Assembly (NCBI GenBank): GCA_965228895.1
Contig: OZ245842.1
Span: 5,376,001 to 5,440,000, forward strand
Direction: 5' to 3'
DNA from: Alphaproteobacteria bacterium
Lineage (GTDB): Bacteria; Pseudomonadota; Alphaproteobacteria; SP197
Length of the DNA: 64,000 nt
The translations under genes were made by a program, and so were the position numbers. The notes below the pieces were generated by a model. That model made no database searches. It was not told the DNA's origin and worked only from the letters and a program-made list of their open reading frames with translations. How positions within the stretch are numbered: the stretch's first letter is position 1; the number at the start of each line of letters is the position of its first letter. Shown here piece by piece: positions 41,429-51,587 of this stretch.

Positions 41429-41908
41429 GTGACGTTTGGACAACGTGAGAGTTTTAACCGACGGACTGACGAGCGGCGTAAATCGCTTAAGCGCGCGGAT
41501 CTCGTGTTCAACAACCGCGCCTCAAGCGTCAGCGGGTTGGTCAGGAACATTTCCGATAACGGCGCGAAGTTTGTCATCGAAGCGCCTGTTGAGATCCCCG
41601 ATCGCGTCTCGCTGCGCTTCAGCAATGGCGAAGAGTTTCAATGTGACGTCGTCTGGAAGAGCAGCGGTACCGAGTTCGGTCTGAGGTTTTGTGACGGCAT
41701 CGAGTTTGACCTGTCGAAGACGAAGCAAGGTCTCAACGCCATCTACCAGATGGCCCGAAACCTCTCGCCGGATGAGATTCTCAAACTCCTGGAAACAGCC
41801 GAGTATTTCGGCGACGAGGAGATCGAGAGCGCCGTCAAAGCTTATGTCGATGCTTACCACGAGATGGTGGGCGTGCTGCAGGAGAGAATCCTGCCGAAAC
41901 AGCATTAG
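41429..41908 (+). CDS. PilZ domain protein with C-terminal helical extension (paralog 2)
   Basis: RRTDERR, NISDNGA, FGLRF; co-linear with 39579..40058; CAGGAG upstream of the GTG. Confidence 0.8.
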   Translation: MTFGQRESFNRRTDERRKSLKRADLVFNNRASSVSGLVRNISDNGAKFVIEAPVEIPDRVSLRFSNGEEFQCDVVWKSSGTEFGLRFCDGIEFDLSKTKQGLNAIYQMARNLSPDEILKLLETAEYFGDEEIESAVKAYVDAYHEMVGVLQERILPKQH

Positions 41909-42263
41909 AAGAGCTTGAAGTTGCTCGACGCACCGAGCGACGCAACATTCAGGCCGCCGACAAGCAAATCCGACAAAATGTGACCGTGCACACGCGGTTG
42001 AGACGCGATTCCTCCTCATTTCGTCGGTCGCAATTGCTCAAATCAAACCGGTGCTTGCAGATGGCGCGATGCACAGGCCTCTTGACCGATTGAGCAGTAA
42101 CCAGCGACGGCCAACCCCATAACTAGCAGGCAGCCCGGAGACCGGTCGCTTCATACCGGGGCGGTGAGAAGTGTGATGCGGTCTTAACGGGAGGGTGCAG
42201 GCAAGCAGGGCCAATTTTGGATTGTTCCAATCCCAATCGGCCCGGCATTGGGGAGTTCAGACG

Positions 42264-42653
42264 ATGTCAATACCGCCTTGTGCATTTGTTGTCGGCATGA
42301 GCGATGAGGTCCGTGGTGAACTGATCGGCTTGCTGGAGCAAACCGGTTACGACGTGACGCAGCCGGCGCTACATCCCAGTCGCGGTGGTCCCAACCCCAG
42401 CGGCAGGCGCGATTGCGGCATGGTCTTGATTGACGCTAGCGAAGGCGCGCACGAGGCGGCGGTCGAAGAGGGCTTGGCGCGCGACGACACACCGGGAACA
42501 ACGGTGGTTTTGATCAGCGAGAACGCCAGTGTCGCGCTTCCCATTGGCGCTCTGCCTGATGGTGCCTGGGCCCTTGTCCGCAAAGGCGCTAGCGCCAAAT
42601 CAATCATGGATCTGATTGCATTCCTGACGGGTACGACTCATACGATTCACTAG
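42264..42653 (+). CDS. Atypical single-domain receiver-like protein
   Basis: Pattern FVV..LLEQTGYDV..MVLID..VVLIS..VRK matches REC topology but lacks the acidic pair. Confidence 0.5.
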   Translation: MSIPPCAFVVGMSDEVRGELIGLLEQTGYDVTQPALHPSRGGPNPSGRRDCGMVLIDASEGAHEAAVEEGLARDDTPGTTVVLISENASVALPIGALPDGAWALVRKGASAKSIMDLIAFLTGTTHTIH

Positions 42654-42868
42654 AGCGGGTCGCCGACGTCATTTCTTCACCGTAAAATTCGATTCATGAC
42701 TTCGATTGTCGCGATTGGCAGTCAACCGGTTTGTGCGACATCGCGGTCCCATTCACCGGTCTTGTGTTGAAGAGAGCTGTCGCCGGCGGTTCGGCATTTG
42801 ATATTGCCGAACTGTGATGATCAGATAGACGGCGAGCGCGGTAAGGTTCAGCGATTGGGATCGCGGCC

Positions 42869-43243
42869 ATGCCTGACAACAAAGAACCGACGTTAGATAC
42901 GACAATTCTGGATGAGATCCATCGCTCCACCGGCGAGAACGATTTCGCCGAACTGATTGGCGAATTTGTCGAAGCCGTCGAACGCCTCGCTGGCGAGGTC
43001 GCCCTGGCTCAAAAGACGGTCGACATGGAGCGTTTGGAGCGCGCCGCCCACGAATTGGCCGGTATGGTCACCACATTCGGCGCCATGCGTTTGGGCGCTG
43101 CCGCCCGCAGCATCATGTTGGATTGCCGCGGCAACGAGATCGATAGCGCGATGGCGCAGACGTCCGATCTTCACGACTTGATCGATGAGGCGCTTGACGC
43201 GCTGAACGCCAGGTTCCCGGCCATGTCGCTTAACAAGGCCTAG
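42869..43243 (+). CDS. Hpt (histidine phosphotransfer) protein
   Basis: LD..IL..I...F.ELI..F, AAHELAG....FGA..L. Confidence 0.85.
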   Translation: MPDNKEPTLDTTILDEIHRSTGENDFAELIGEFVEAVERLAGEVALAQKTVDMERLERAAHELAGMVTTFGAMRLGAAARSIMLDCRGNEIDSAMAQTSDLHDLIDEALDALNARFPAMSLNKA

Positions 43244-43288
43244 TGACGACCGTCGGCGCGTCAGTGACGTGTAACGCGCGGCGTCTTG

Positions 43289-46200
43289 TTAGTGGTTGCT
43301 GGACCGGATGTCGTGCGTTGCGGGTTTCGATGGCAACCAACGAGCGATGAGGGCCAGCAGCTCCGGTTTTCGGACGGGTTTGGCCAGATGGTCCGACATG
43401 CCGGCTTCAAGGTAGCGCTGACGGTCGCCACGCAGGGCATCGGCGGTCAGGGCGATGATCGGCAGGTCGGCAAAGGTGTTGCCCAGGCGGCGCATCCGAC
43501 GCGTTGCTTCGATACCGTCCATTTCCGGCATGCTGGCATCCATCAACACGAGGTCGTAGTGCCGTTTGCGTGCGGCGTCCAACGCCTCAAGGCCGTTGTT
43601 CGCGATGTCGACACGGTATCCCGCCGATTCGAGGATTTTCACCGTCACCAGTTGGTTGACCCGGTTGTCTTCGGCCAACAGCAGACGGCGCCCCTTTCCA
43701 GGCAGCGCTTTGTCACCAGACTTGGCTTGTGATCTCGCCTGTCTGCTGGCGGCGCTGTCGGTGCCCAGGATGGCGGGAACCAAATCGCGCTGATGGACGG
43801 GAACCTGGACGAAGCCATCGGCGCCGTCTTGCGATGAGACATTGACGCCGATTGGCACCGCGCTGACGAGCCGGGCGCTGTCCCGGTCCGTCATGGCGCT
43901 CAAGCGTCGGACCTCGCCGGCGATGTCGACGTTGGCGCTGAGATGCCCGATCAAGATGGCGTTGTGGCGCTCGCTTCTGGTGCCGACGTGGTCGACGGTG
44001 CCGGAACTTGCGACGTCGACGCTGGCCCCAGCAGTCACAAGTTGCCGTTTGATCAGCGCGCTGCCGACGTCGGTATCGTCGACCAACAGGACGTGCGAGC
44101 CGGCAAGTGGCTTGACCTGCGGGGCCGGCGTGCCAGGCACCGCATCGAATTTGGCGGTGAACCAGAACGTCGATCCTTGTTCAGGCGTCGAATCGAAACC
44201 GATGTCGCCATGCATCATGCTGACGAGGCGTTGAGATATCGCCAGACCCAATCCGGTGCCGCCGCGCGAGCGGCCGGAAGACGGGTCGATTTGGGTGAAC
44301 ATATCGAACAGACGCTCGCGCGCGTCATGGGGAATGCCGATGCCCGTGTCAGCAACGGTAAACCGCAGCATTGGACCACCACCATCGTCGCCGGTCGTCG
44401 AGACATCCACGGTCACGCCGCCACTCTCGGTGAACTTCAGCGCGTTGCCGAGCAGATTGAGCAAGATCTGGCGAATCCTACCCGCGTCGCCTGACAGCAT
44501 CGCCGGGACGTCGGCCGCGATATGAGCGCCGATGACCAGGTCTTTGGCCGATGCGATGGGGTAAAGCAGGTCGATGACGCTGGTGACCGTGTCTTCAAGT
44601 TCGAACGCGGCGATTTCCAGATCCATCTTGCCGGCTTCGATCTTGGATAGGTCGAGGATGTCGTTGATGATCGTCAGCAGCGCCTCGGCGGACTGGCGCA
44701 TATTGCTGACATAGCGTGCATGTTCGCGATCGAGATCCGCCTCGGACAAAAGGTTCGCCATGCCCAGGATGCCGTTCATGGGCGTGCGGATCTCATGGCT
44801 CATGGTTGCCAGGAACCGCGACTTCGCGTCGTTCGCCGCCTCGGCCTGTTCCTTCAGGTCACGCAATGTCTGCTCGATCTGCTTGCGTGGCGTTATGTCC
44901 TGGATGGTCGAGATTTCCCGGTGCGTCGCACGGCCATTCTGCTCCAAACGATGCACCACTTCGTTGATGTGGCAAATCTGCCCGTCGCCGCGGATCATCC
45001 GATACTCGATGTCCAGGGGTTTGCCGGTCGCCTCACCACGCCGGTAGGCCTCTGCGACACGGTCTCGGTCATCAGGGTGCACATAGAGACTGAGTTCTTC
45101 TTGCCACGGCAGCAGCATGTCCTCGCGCGTAACGCCAACAATTTCGGCCGCAACGTCGGAGCAATCGACTGCCCGATCGAGTTCGAGGTCATAGATCACG
45201 TGGCCGACCCGCGCGACGCTTTGCGCAACCGCCAGGACCGTTCGCTGCTCCTCCAAGTCCAGTTGAGTTTGGCGAATATCCGTCAGGTCAAGGACCGCGC
45301 CGATCCCACGCTGCGCGTTCTTGCCGTCACCGTCGATTGTCTCGCCCATCTCGCGTACCCACCTGACCTCGCCGTCGGGCCTGATGATGCGATACTCAAG
45401 ATCATAGGGTTCGCGCGACGCCTGCGCGGCTTCAATGATCCGTTGCGCGTGCTCGCGATCGTCGGGATGCGCCAGGCTGTACTCGCTGCCGTCATAGGTC
45501 AGCAGTTCCTCTTCGGATCGACCATAAATGGCGGCGAACTCCGGCGACACATGAACGAACCGGTTTGCGACGTCGTCAAAGATGAACGTGCCCATCTGTG
45601 CGATACGCTGGGTCGTCGCCAGAATCATCGCGGTTTCTTGAAGCTGGGCGGCCGCTTCGCGGTCGCGGGTCACGTCGATTATCGCGCCGACCAGGCGATT
45701 GGGTTTGCCGGACCCGGCATCCAGGACAGCGACGATGTCGCGCACGCGGATCAGTCGGCCGTCCTTGCAGGTCAGTGTGTATTCGGCCTCGCCCTGTGAA
45801 CCCTCCTTGACGACCGCGTTGAAAATCTGTGCGACGCGATCGACATCGTGTTCGTGCACGGCGGCCAGCGGAGCGGTTCCAAGCGCATTGAGGTCATCGG
45901 GCGTGTACCCGGAAATGTCCTGCAAGCTCTTCGACACGAAGGTGAAGCGGTTGGTGTCGAGATCGATGACGTAATGGCCGAAGCGGGCGACCTCCTGTGC
46001 GAAAGCCATGGTGATGCGGTTGTCTTGCAGTTCCTGTTCGGCTGCACGGATATCGGTCATGTCGATCACGGTGCCGATCGAGCGTGCCGTCGCCTGACCG
46101 TCCTTCATGACGTACTCGCCGGACTCGCGCACGTAGCGGATGTCGCCGTCGGGCCTTACCATGCGGAAGTCGATCGTATAGGGCCGGCGTTGTTCGGCGG

Positions 46201-47101
46201 CGTCGCCAAACTCCTGCGCGACGGCGGCGCGGTCGTCTGGATGAACAAATGCCATGGTGCGTTGCCATGGCGACATGGCCTCTTCTCTTGAGACGCCAGA
46301 GATCTCGATGTATGCGTCGGAACAAGAGACAACGCGGTCAAGGTCGTCGTCATAGACATAATGCCCGAACCGCGCGATACGTTGTGCGGTCGCCAGGATG
46401 GCTTGGTTCTCGTTGAGTTTGGCCTCTCTCTCCCGAAAGTCCGTGATGTCCATGATCGTACCGATCGACCGGTCGGTCGGTTTGCCGTCACGTTTCAGGA
46501 AACGGCAGGACTCCCTGACATAGCGAACCGTGCCGTCGGGATGGACAACGCGGTAATCGACGTTGTAGGGCGCGCGCGCCTCGCTTGCCTCGTTGAAAAT
46601 CCTTTCGATGCGTTCGCGGTCCTCCGGGTGAACGAAGGTCAACTCGTCGTCCCACTCGCGTGGCAGTGAGTCCAGCGTATAGCCGTGGATCGCGGCGAAC
46701 TGCTCGGAAGCCTCTTCGTAAAGCTCAGTCGCTTCGTTGAATGTGTAGTAGCCGACGCCAGCAAGGTCGGCGGCGTCATTGAGCAGCGCGTTTGATTCGG
46801 CCAGACGCCGCCTGTCCGCATAGTGAACATCCAGGCGGCGAGCCAGGATAATGACGACGGCGAAGGTCGCGACGGCGGCGAGCAGCGCGGCGACGTCGCC
46901 GGCGAGCACCCAGTCGAGCCACGTCGAAAGATCGGCCTGAAAATGGCTTTGCAGCAGGTGGACGACCGATTGAAGCGCAACGAACCCGATCAAGGCGACC
47001 AGGGCTGCCGTCAGCAGACTGCGGTGGCGCAAGACGATAATGCCGGCCACCACAAGCGAGGCGAGCAGCAGACCGGTGGAAATGATCAGAAAGCCGTTCA
47101 T
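43289..47101 (-). CDS. Membrane-anchored hybrid histidine kinase with five PAS/PAC domains, degenerate REC and REC
   Basis: N-terminal TM helices, five (V/A)HxxD PAS repeats, FLATMSHEIRTP, NALKFT, DTGIG, GTGLGL, AEDN...LVLMD..MPEMDG...KP. Confidence 0.95.
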   Translation of the reverse strand: MNGFLIISTGLLLASLVVAGIIVLRHRSLLTAALVALIGFVALQSVVHLLQSHFQADLSTWLDWVLAGDVAALLAAVATFAVVIILARRLDVHYADRRRLAESNALLNDAADLAGVGYYTFNEATELYEEASEQFAAIHGYTLDSLPREWDDELTFVHPEDRERIERIFNEASEARAPYNVDYRVVHPDGTVRYVRESCRFLKRDGKPTDRSIGTIMDITDFREREAKLNENQAILATAQRIARFGHYVYDDDLDRVVSCSDAYIEISGVSREEAMSPWQRTMAFVHPDDRAAVAQEFGDAAEQRRPYTIDFRMVRPDGDIRYVRESGEYVMKDGQATARSIGTVIDMTDIRAAEQELQDNRITMAFAQEVARFGHYVIDLDTNRFTFVSKSLQDISGYTPDDLNALGTAPLAAVHEHDVDRVAQIFNAVVKEGSQGEAEYTLTCKDGRLIRVRDIVAVLDAGSGKPNRLVGAIIDVTRDREAAAQLQETAMILATTQRIAQMGTFIFDDVANRFVHVSPEFAAIYGRSEEELLTYDGSEYSLAHPDDREHAQRIIEAAQASREPYDLEYRIIRPDGEVRWVREMGETIDGDGKNAQRGIGAVLDLTDIRQTQLDLEEQRTVLAVAQSVARVGHVIYDLELDRAVDCSDVAAEIVGVTREDMLLPWQEELSLYVHPDDRDRVAEAYRRGEATGKPLDIEYRMIRGDGQICHINEVVHRLEQNGRATHREISTIQDITPRKQIEQTLRDLKEQAEAANDAKSRFLATMSHEIRTPMNGILGMANLLSEADLDREHARYVSNMRQSAEALLTIINDILDLSKIEAGKMDLEIAAFELEDTVTSVIDLLYPIASAKDLVIGAHIAADVPAMLSGDAGRIRQILLNLLGNALKFTESGGVTVDVSTTGDDGGGPMLRFTVADTGIGIPHDARERLFDMFTQIDPSSGRSRGGTGLGLAISQRLVSMMHGDIGFDSTPEQGSTFWFTAKFDAVPGTPAPQVKPLAGSHVLLVDDTDVGSALIKRQLVTAGASVDVASSGTVDHVGTRSERHNAILIGHLSANVDIAGEVRRLSAMTDRDSARLVSAVPIGVNVSSQDGADGFVQVPVHQRDLVPAILGTDSAASRQARSQAKSGDKALPGKGRRLLLAEDNRVNQLVTVKILESAGYRVDIANNGLEALDAARKRHYDLVLMDASMPEMDGIEATRRMRRLGNTFADLPIIALTADALRGDRQRYLEAGMSDHLAKPVRKPELLALIARWLPSKPATHDIRSSNH

Positions 47102-47285
47102 AACGCCTTTCTAGTCACGTTCGCTGCCCATCGAAGGATGCAAGCAAAGGCAAACCATGGTGCCGCAGAATACTATCTTTTGGTGTAGGTGAACAGGTTT
47201 TGCGCCCCGATCGCGCGCCGCCCGTCGTGCCTGCGGGCTAGGCCCTTCTGACGGGGCCAAGCCCGCCGACACGGTCAATTCGGGC

Positions 47286-47408
47286 TCAGTAGAGCCGCAG
47301 CACAAAGGCGCCGACGGCCATGAACGGAGTCGACATCACGAGCCCCGCCACCACGACCGTTACCGTTCCGGCTACTTGATGCAGGTTGAATGTGTTGATC
47401 TTGGTCAT
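47286..47408 (-). CDS. Putative 40-aa hydrophobic small protein
   Basis: Manual translation MTKINTFNLHQVAGTVTVVVAGLVMSTPFMAVGAFVLRLY*; purine-rich RBS (AGGGGGAAG); hairpin downstream at 47233-47266. Confidence 0.55.
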   Translation of the reverse strand: MTKINTFNLHQVAGTVTVVVAGLVMSTPFMAVGAFVLRLY

Positions 47409-47544
47409 CTTGCTTCCCCCTGTGGGCCATGGCGCCCACGTCCATAGAACTCATGTGGCGCGCGCATGGCTGGGTTGCGACCTCGTTTGCTGTGACGCCG
47501 GTCACGTTCAACCCCATTCGCTCCAAATCGGCCCACCGGCGCGC

Positions 47545-47558
47545 TTGACTCAGGTCAA
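47545..47558. promoter_or_regulatory. FNR/FixK-type box
   Basis: TTGAC-TCAG-GTCAA, about 65 bp upstream of the hemerythrin ATG (measured from the box centre). Confidence 0.72.
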
Positions 47559-47616
47559 TGCGTTGGCTGCTGCGCCCGGCCCATGCTCTCGGGACAGGAC
47601 GGCAAGGGGACGTCAC

Positions 47617-48174
47617 ATGGTCCGAGCCAAGAACGATTCGGGCGCCAGCCCCGAAGGGGCCGGCGCGTTGCGGATATCTGATCCCATTGAGTTCCTTTAT
47701 GGCGAGCACGACCGACAGCTTGTGATTTGCGCGGCGCTGGATCACCTGGCGTCCGCTCCAGGTGCGCCTGATGCACGCGAGACGGCGGACCTCATTCTCA
47801 ACTATGCCGATACCGACATGCCGCTCCATCTGCGCGATGAGGAAGAGGATCTGTTTCCGCGTCTTCTGGAGCGCTGCGAGCCCGAGGATGGCCTCGAGAA
47901 CCTGGTCGATCAGCTTGAACACGAACATGAGACCGACAACGCCCTCTATCAGCGGCTGAAGGGCGCCCTGAAAACGCTCGCCGAAGGCGGTACGTTGCGC
48001 CATCCTGAGGTCTTCGAGAGCGATGCCCAGGCGTTCGCCCTGCTGCAACGGCGCCATCTCAATTGGGAGAACGGCACCGTCCTGCCGCTTGCAAGGCAGC
48101 GCCTGACATCGCAGGACCTGGAAGAGATGAGGGTTGCTATGGCGGCGCGCCGTCACGGGACATCAGTCGACTGA
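47617..48174 (+). CDS. Hemerythrin (HHE) domain protein
   Basis: EH.RQ, HLRDEEEDLFP, EHETD, HLNWENGTVLP. Confidence 0.88.
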   Translation: MVRAKNDSGASPEGAGALRISDPIEFLYGEHDRQLVICAALDHLASAPGAPDARETADLILNYADTDMPLHLRDEEEDLFPRLLERCEPEDGLENLVDQLEHEHETDNALYQRLKGALKTLAEGGTLRHPEVFESDAQAFALLQRRHLNWENGTVLPLARQRLTSQDLEEMRVAMAARRHGTSVD

Positions 48175-48175
48175 T

Positions 48176-49063
48176 ATGACGGATCCGACCGGGGGCGATC
48201 AGCCGCGCCGCGCGGCTGCGACACTTGATGCGCTGTTGCCGGCCGAAATTGCCCGCAAGGCCGAGGAGGTCGGTGTCGCCAAGGCGGAGATGAACGCCTT
48301 GTCGCTGCTGGTTCTGGCGGTCTTGGCGGGCGCCTTCATCGGTCTGGGTTCCATGGCCGCGACCATTGTGTGGACCGACGCTTCGCCCGCCATGCCCTTC
48401 GGCGTCGCGCGCATGCTGGGTGGGCTGGTGTTTGCGCTTGGTCTGATCCTTGTGGTCCTGGGCGGCGCCGAACTCTTTACCGGCAACAATCTGATGGTCA
48501 TCGCGGCCGCCAGCCGCCGTATCGGTCTTGTCGCTCTGTGTCGTGCCTGGGTGATCGTCTTCGTCGGCAACATGATTGGCGCTGTCGGTACCGCAGCTCT
48601 CGTGTTTTTGGCCGGGCAGCACGACTTCGCCGGGGGTGGCGTCGGCCAGACAATGCTTGCCATCGGCAGCGCCAAGGCCGAGATGCCCTTCGCCCGCGCC
48701 TTCTTCCTGGGCATTTTGTGCAATGTACTGGTCTGTCTGGCGGTCTGGCTGTGCTACGGCGCCCACACGACCACCGACAAGCTGCTGGCGATCCTCTTCC
48801 CGATTGCCGCCTTCGTGGCCGCGGGTTTCGAGCATTCGGTCGCCAATATGTACTTCATCCCGCTCGCCATAATCGTCAAGGCGTTCGCCGCCGACAGCTT
48901 TTGGGCCATGATCGGCGCCTCTCCGGCTGATTTTGGCGGCCTGACGCTTGCCGGGCTGGTGCAAAACCTGGTGCCGGTCACGCTTGGCAACATCGTGGGC
49001 GGCGGCGTGTTGGTCGGGATGGTTTACTGGTTCGTCTATCTGCGGCGCGCAGGGCAGGGTTGA
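48176..49063 (+). CDS. Formate/nitrite transporter (FNT) family channel
   Basis: LAGAFIGLG, GAELFTGN, GILCNVLVCLAVW, GFEHSVANM, VTLGNIVGG. Confidence 0.94.
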   Translation: MTDPTGGDQPRRAAATLDALLPAEIARKAEEVGVAKAEMNALSLLVLAVLAGAFIGLGSMAATIVWTDASPAMPFGVARMLGGLVFALGLILVVLGGAELFTGNNLMVIAAASRRIGLVALCRAWVIVFVGNMIGAVGTAALVFLAGQHDFAGGGVGQTMLAIGSAKAEMPFARAFFLGILCNVLVCLAVWLCYGAHTTTDKLLAILFPIAAFVAAGFEHSVANMYFIPLAIIVKAFAADSFWAMIGASPADFGGLTLAGLVQNLVPVTLGNIVGGGVLVGMVYWFVYLRRAGQG

Positions 49064-49073
49064 CTCAGATCAA
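49060..49073. promoter_or_regulatory. FNR/FixK box upstream of ccoN
   Basis: TTGAC-TCAG-ATCAA; overlaps the FNT stop codon. Confidence 0.8.
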
Positions 49074-49185
49074 TGCTGCACTTGCGAACGACCTGGAGTA
49101 TGCACCGCGTGTTCAAAGGAAACGGCAACCGTAGAGCGGGATAGCCGAACTGTGGCGTGTCAATTCCGTTTGGGGGGAATGACGA

Positions 49186-50667
49186 ATGGCCGAAACGGCA
49201 CTAGTCGGTGGGACCGCGGTTCCCAGGGAAACCGTGACGTACAACGACGCGGTTATCCGGCGATTTGCCGTCGCGACCATGTTCTGGGGCATCGTGGCGT
49301 TTCTCGCAGGCGTCTATATCGCGCTGCAACTGGCGTTTCCGATCTTGAATCTGGACTTGCCGTGGACGACCTTCGGGCGGCTAAGGCCGGTGCATACGTC
49401 GGCCGCGGTTTTTGCCTTCGGCGGTAACGCGCTTTTTGCCGCCTCGCTCTACTGTGTCCAGCGGACCTGCCGGACATCGCTGTTCGGCGGCGCGCATGCC
49501 GGCAATTTCCTGTTCTGGGGCTATAACTTCTTCATCGTCATCGCGGCCTGGGGCTATGTCACCGGTGTCACGCAAAGTCGCGAATACGCCGAACCCGAAT
49601 GGATGGCCGACCTGTGGCTAACCGTGGTTTGGGTGGTCTATCTGGTCGTCTTCGTCGGCACGATCATGAAGCGGCGCGAGCCGCACATCTATGTCGCCAA
49701 CTGGTTCTTTCTGGCCTTCATCATCACCGTGGCGATGCTGCACATCGTCAACAACCTGGCGATCCCGGTCGACTGGACGGGCGCCAAGAGTTATTCGCTG
49801 TTCTCCGGCGTCCAGGACGCGCTGACCCAGTGGTGGTACGCCCATAACGCGGTGGGTTTCTTCCTGACCGCCGGTTTTCTGGGCATCATGTATTACTTCG
49901 TGCCCAAGCAGGCGGAGCGGCCGATCTATTCCTACCGGCTCTCCATCGTCCATTTCTGGTCGCTGATCTTCCTCTATATCTGGGCCGGCCCCCATCACCT
50001 GCACTACACGTCACTGCCCGACTGGGCGCAGACGCTGGGCATGACGTTCTCGGTGATGCTGTGGATGCCGTCATGGGGCGGCATGATCAACGGCCTCATG
50101 ACGCTGTCGGGCGCCTGGTACAAACTGAGGACCGATCCGGTCCTGCGCATGATGGTGGTGTCGCTGGGTTTCTACGGCATGTCGACCTTTGAGGGCCCGG
50201 TCATGTCGATCAAGGCGGTCAACGCGCTGAGCCACTACACCGACTGGACCATCGGCCACGTGCATTCCGGCGCGCTGGGCTGGGTCGCCTATATCAGCTT
50301 TGGCGCGCTCTATTATCTGTTCCCGAAACTGTGGGGGCGCGAGCGGCTCTATTCGATCAAGCTGGTCAACTGGCACTTCTGGATCTCGACCGTCGGCATC
50401 CTGCTTTACATCATCTCGATGTGGATCTCCGGCATCATGCAGGGCCTGATGTGGCGGACATACGATGCGCTCGGCTTCCTGCAGTACTCGTTCGTCGAGA
50501 CCGTTGCCGCCATGCACCCGTTCTACGTCGTTCGTGCGCTGGGTGGCGTCCTGTTCCTGATCGGCGGCTTGATCATGGCTTACAACCTGTGGCGCACGGT
50601 GCGCGGCGATGTACGCGACGAGGTACTCGCCCAGCCGCCGCAATCCGCAACGCAGCCGGCGGAATAG
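49186..50667 (+). CDS. ccoN: cbb3-type cytochrome c oxidase subunit I
   Basis: [35 protein letters not shown]. Confidence 0.98.
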   Translation: MAETALVGGTAVPRETVTYNDAVIRRFAVATMFWGIVAFLAGVYIALQLAFPILNLDLPWTTFGRLRPVHTSAAVFAFGGNALFAASLYCVQRTCRTSLFGGAHAGNFLFWGYNFFIVIAAWGYVTGVTQSREYAEPEWMADLWLTVVWVVYLVVFVGTIMKRREPHIYVANWFFLAFIITVAMLHIVNNLAIPVDWTGAKSYSLFSGVQDALTQWWYAHNAVGFFLTAGFLGIMYYFVPKQAERPIYSYRLSIVHFWSLIFLYIWAGPHHLHYTSLPDWAQTLGMTFSVMLWMPSWGGMINGLMTLSGAWYKLRTDPVLRMMVVSLGFYGMSTFEGPVMSIKAVNALSHYTDWTIGHVHSGALGWVAYISFGALYYLFPKLWGRERLYSIKLVNWHFWISTVGILLYIISMWISGIMQGLMWRTYDALGFLQYSFVETVAAMHPFYVVRALGGVLFLIGGLIMAYNLWRTVRGDVRDEVLAQPPQSATQPAE

Positions 50668-50678
50668 GGGGCGGGACC

Positions 50679-51413
50679 ATGGCTAGGTTCATCAATCACA
50701 AGCGTATCGAACGCAACGTAACGCTGATGTTGGTCTTGACCCTGATCACCGTCGCCATCGGCGGTCTGGTCGAGATCGTGCCGCTCTATGTGGTCGACAC
50801 CACGATCGAGCGGGTCGACGGCGTGCGCCCCTATTCGCCGCTGGAGCAGCGCGGTCGCGACATCTATATCCGCGAGGGTTGCTATGTCTGCCACAGCCAG
50901 CAGATCCGTCCGTTCCGCGACGAGGTCGAGCGCTATGGCCATTACAGCCTGGCGGCTGAAAGTATGTACGATCATCCCTTCCAGTGGGGTTCCAAACGAA
51001 CCGGACCTGATCTGGCGCGGGTCGGCGGCAAGTTCTCCAACGAATGGCATGTCGCGCATTTCCTGAACCCGCGCGAGATTGTCCCGGAGTCGATCATGCC
51101 GGGTTATGCGTTCCTGGCCGATCGCAAGCTGGAGACCGAGGATATTGTCGCGCGTCTGGAAGCGCTGAGCATAGCCGGTGTGCCCTACGACGAGGCGATG
51201 CTCGAAAACGCCTATGCCGACCTGCTCGCTCAGGCCGACCCCAACGGCGATCACACCGGCCTGCTGGAACGTTATCCCAAGGCCGCGGTCGGCGACTTTG
51301 ACGGCAACCCGCGCGAGCTTACCGAGCTCGATGCGATGATCGCCTATATGCAGATCCTTGGCCGCATGGTCGACTTCGCCGACATCGATGCCGGCGACGT
51401 GGTCCAGCAATAG
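50679..51413 (+). CDS. ccoO: cbb3-type oxidase subunit II
   Basis: [26 protein letters not shown]. Confidence 0.97.
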   Translation: MARFINHKRIERNVTLMLVLTLITVAIGGLVEIVPLYVVDTTIERVDGVRPYSPLEQRGRDIYIREGCYVCHSQQIRPFRDEVERYGHYSLAAESMYDHPFQWGSKRTGPDLARVGGKFSNEWHVAHFLNPREIVPESIMPGYAFLADRKLETEDIVARLEALSIAGVPYDEAMLENAYADLLAQADPNGDHTGLLERYPKAAVGDFDGNPRELTELDAMIAYMQILGRMVDFADIDAGDVVQQ

Positions 51414-51421
51414 GTAGCGCG

Positions 51422-51583
51422 ATGTCACTCCAGGAAATCTCGGACATCGCCCGCGAACTCTGGGTCGTTTGGCTGATCGTGCTGTTCGTCGGCATCATCA
51501 TCTGGGCCTACCGGCCGCGTAGCAAAAAGAGTTTCGAGGAACAGGGCAAAATCCCGTTCCGCGACGACAACGGGGAGGCCTGA
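51422..51583 (+). CDS. ccoQ: cbb3-type oxidase subunit CcoQ
   Basis: Manual translation ...WLIVLFVGIIIWAYRPRSKKSFEEQGKIPF. Confidence 0.92.
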   Translation: MSLQEISDIARELWVVWLIVLFVGIIIWAYRPRSKKSFEEQGKIPFRDDNGEA

Positions 51584-51587
51584 GCCG

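Noticed and set aside
44850-46800. Repetitive DNA within the kinase gene
   Set aside because: The similarity is at protein level among old, diverged PAS domains and is explained by the domain architecture.
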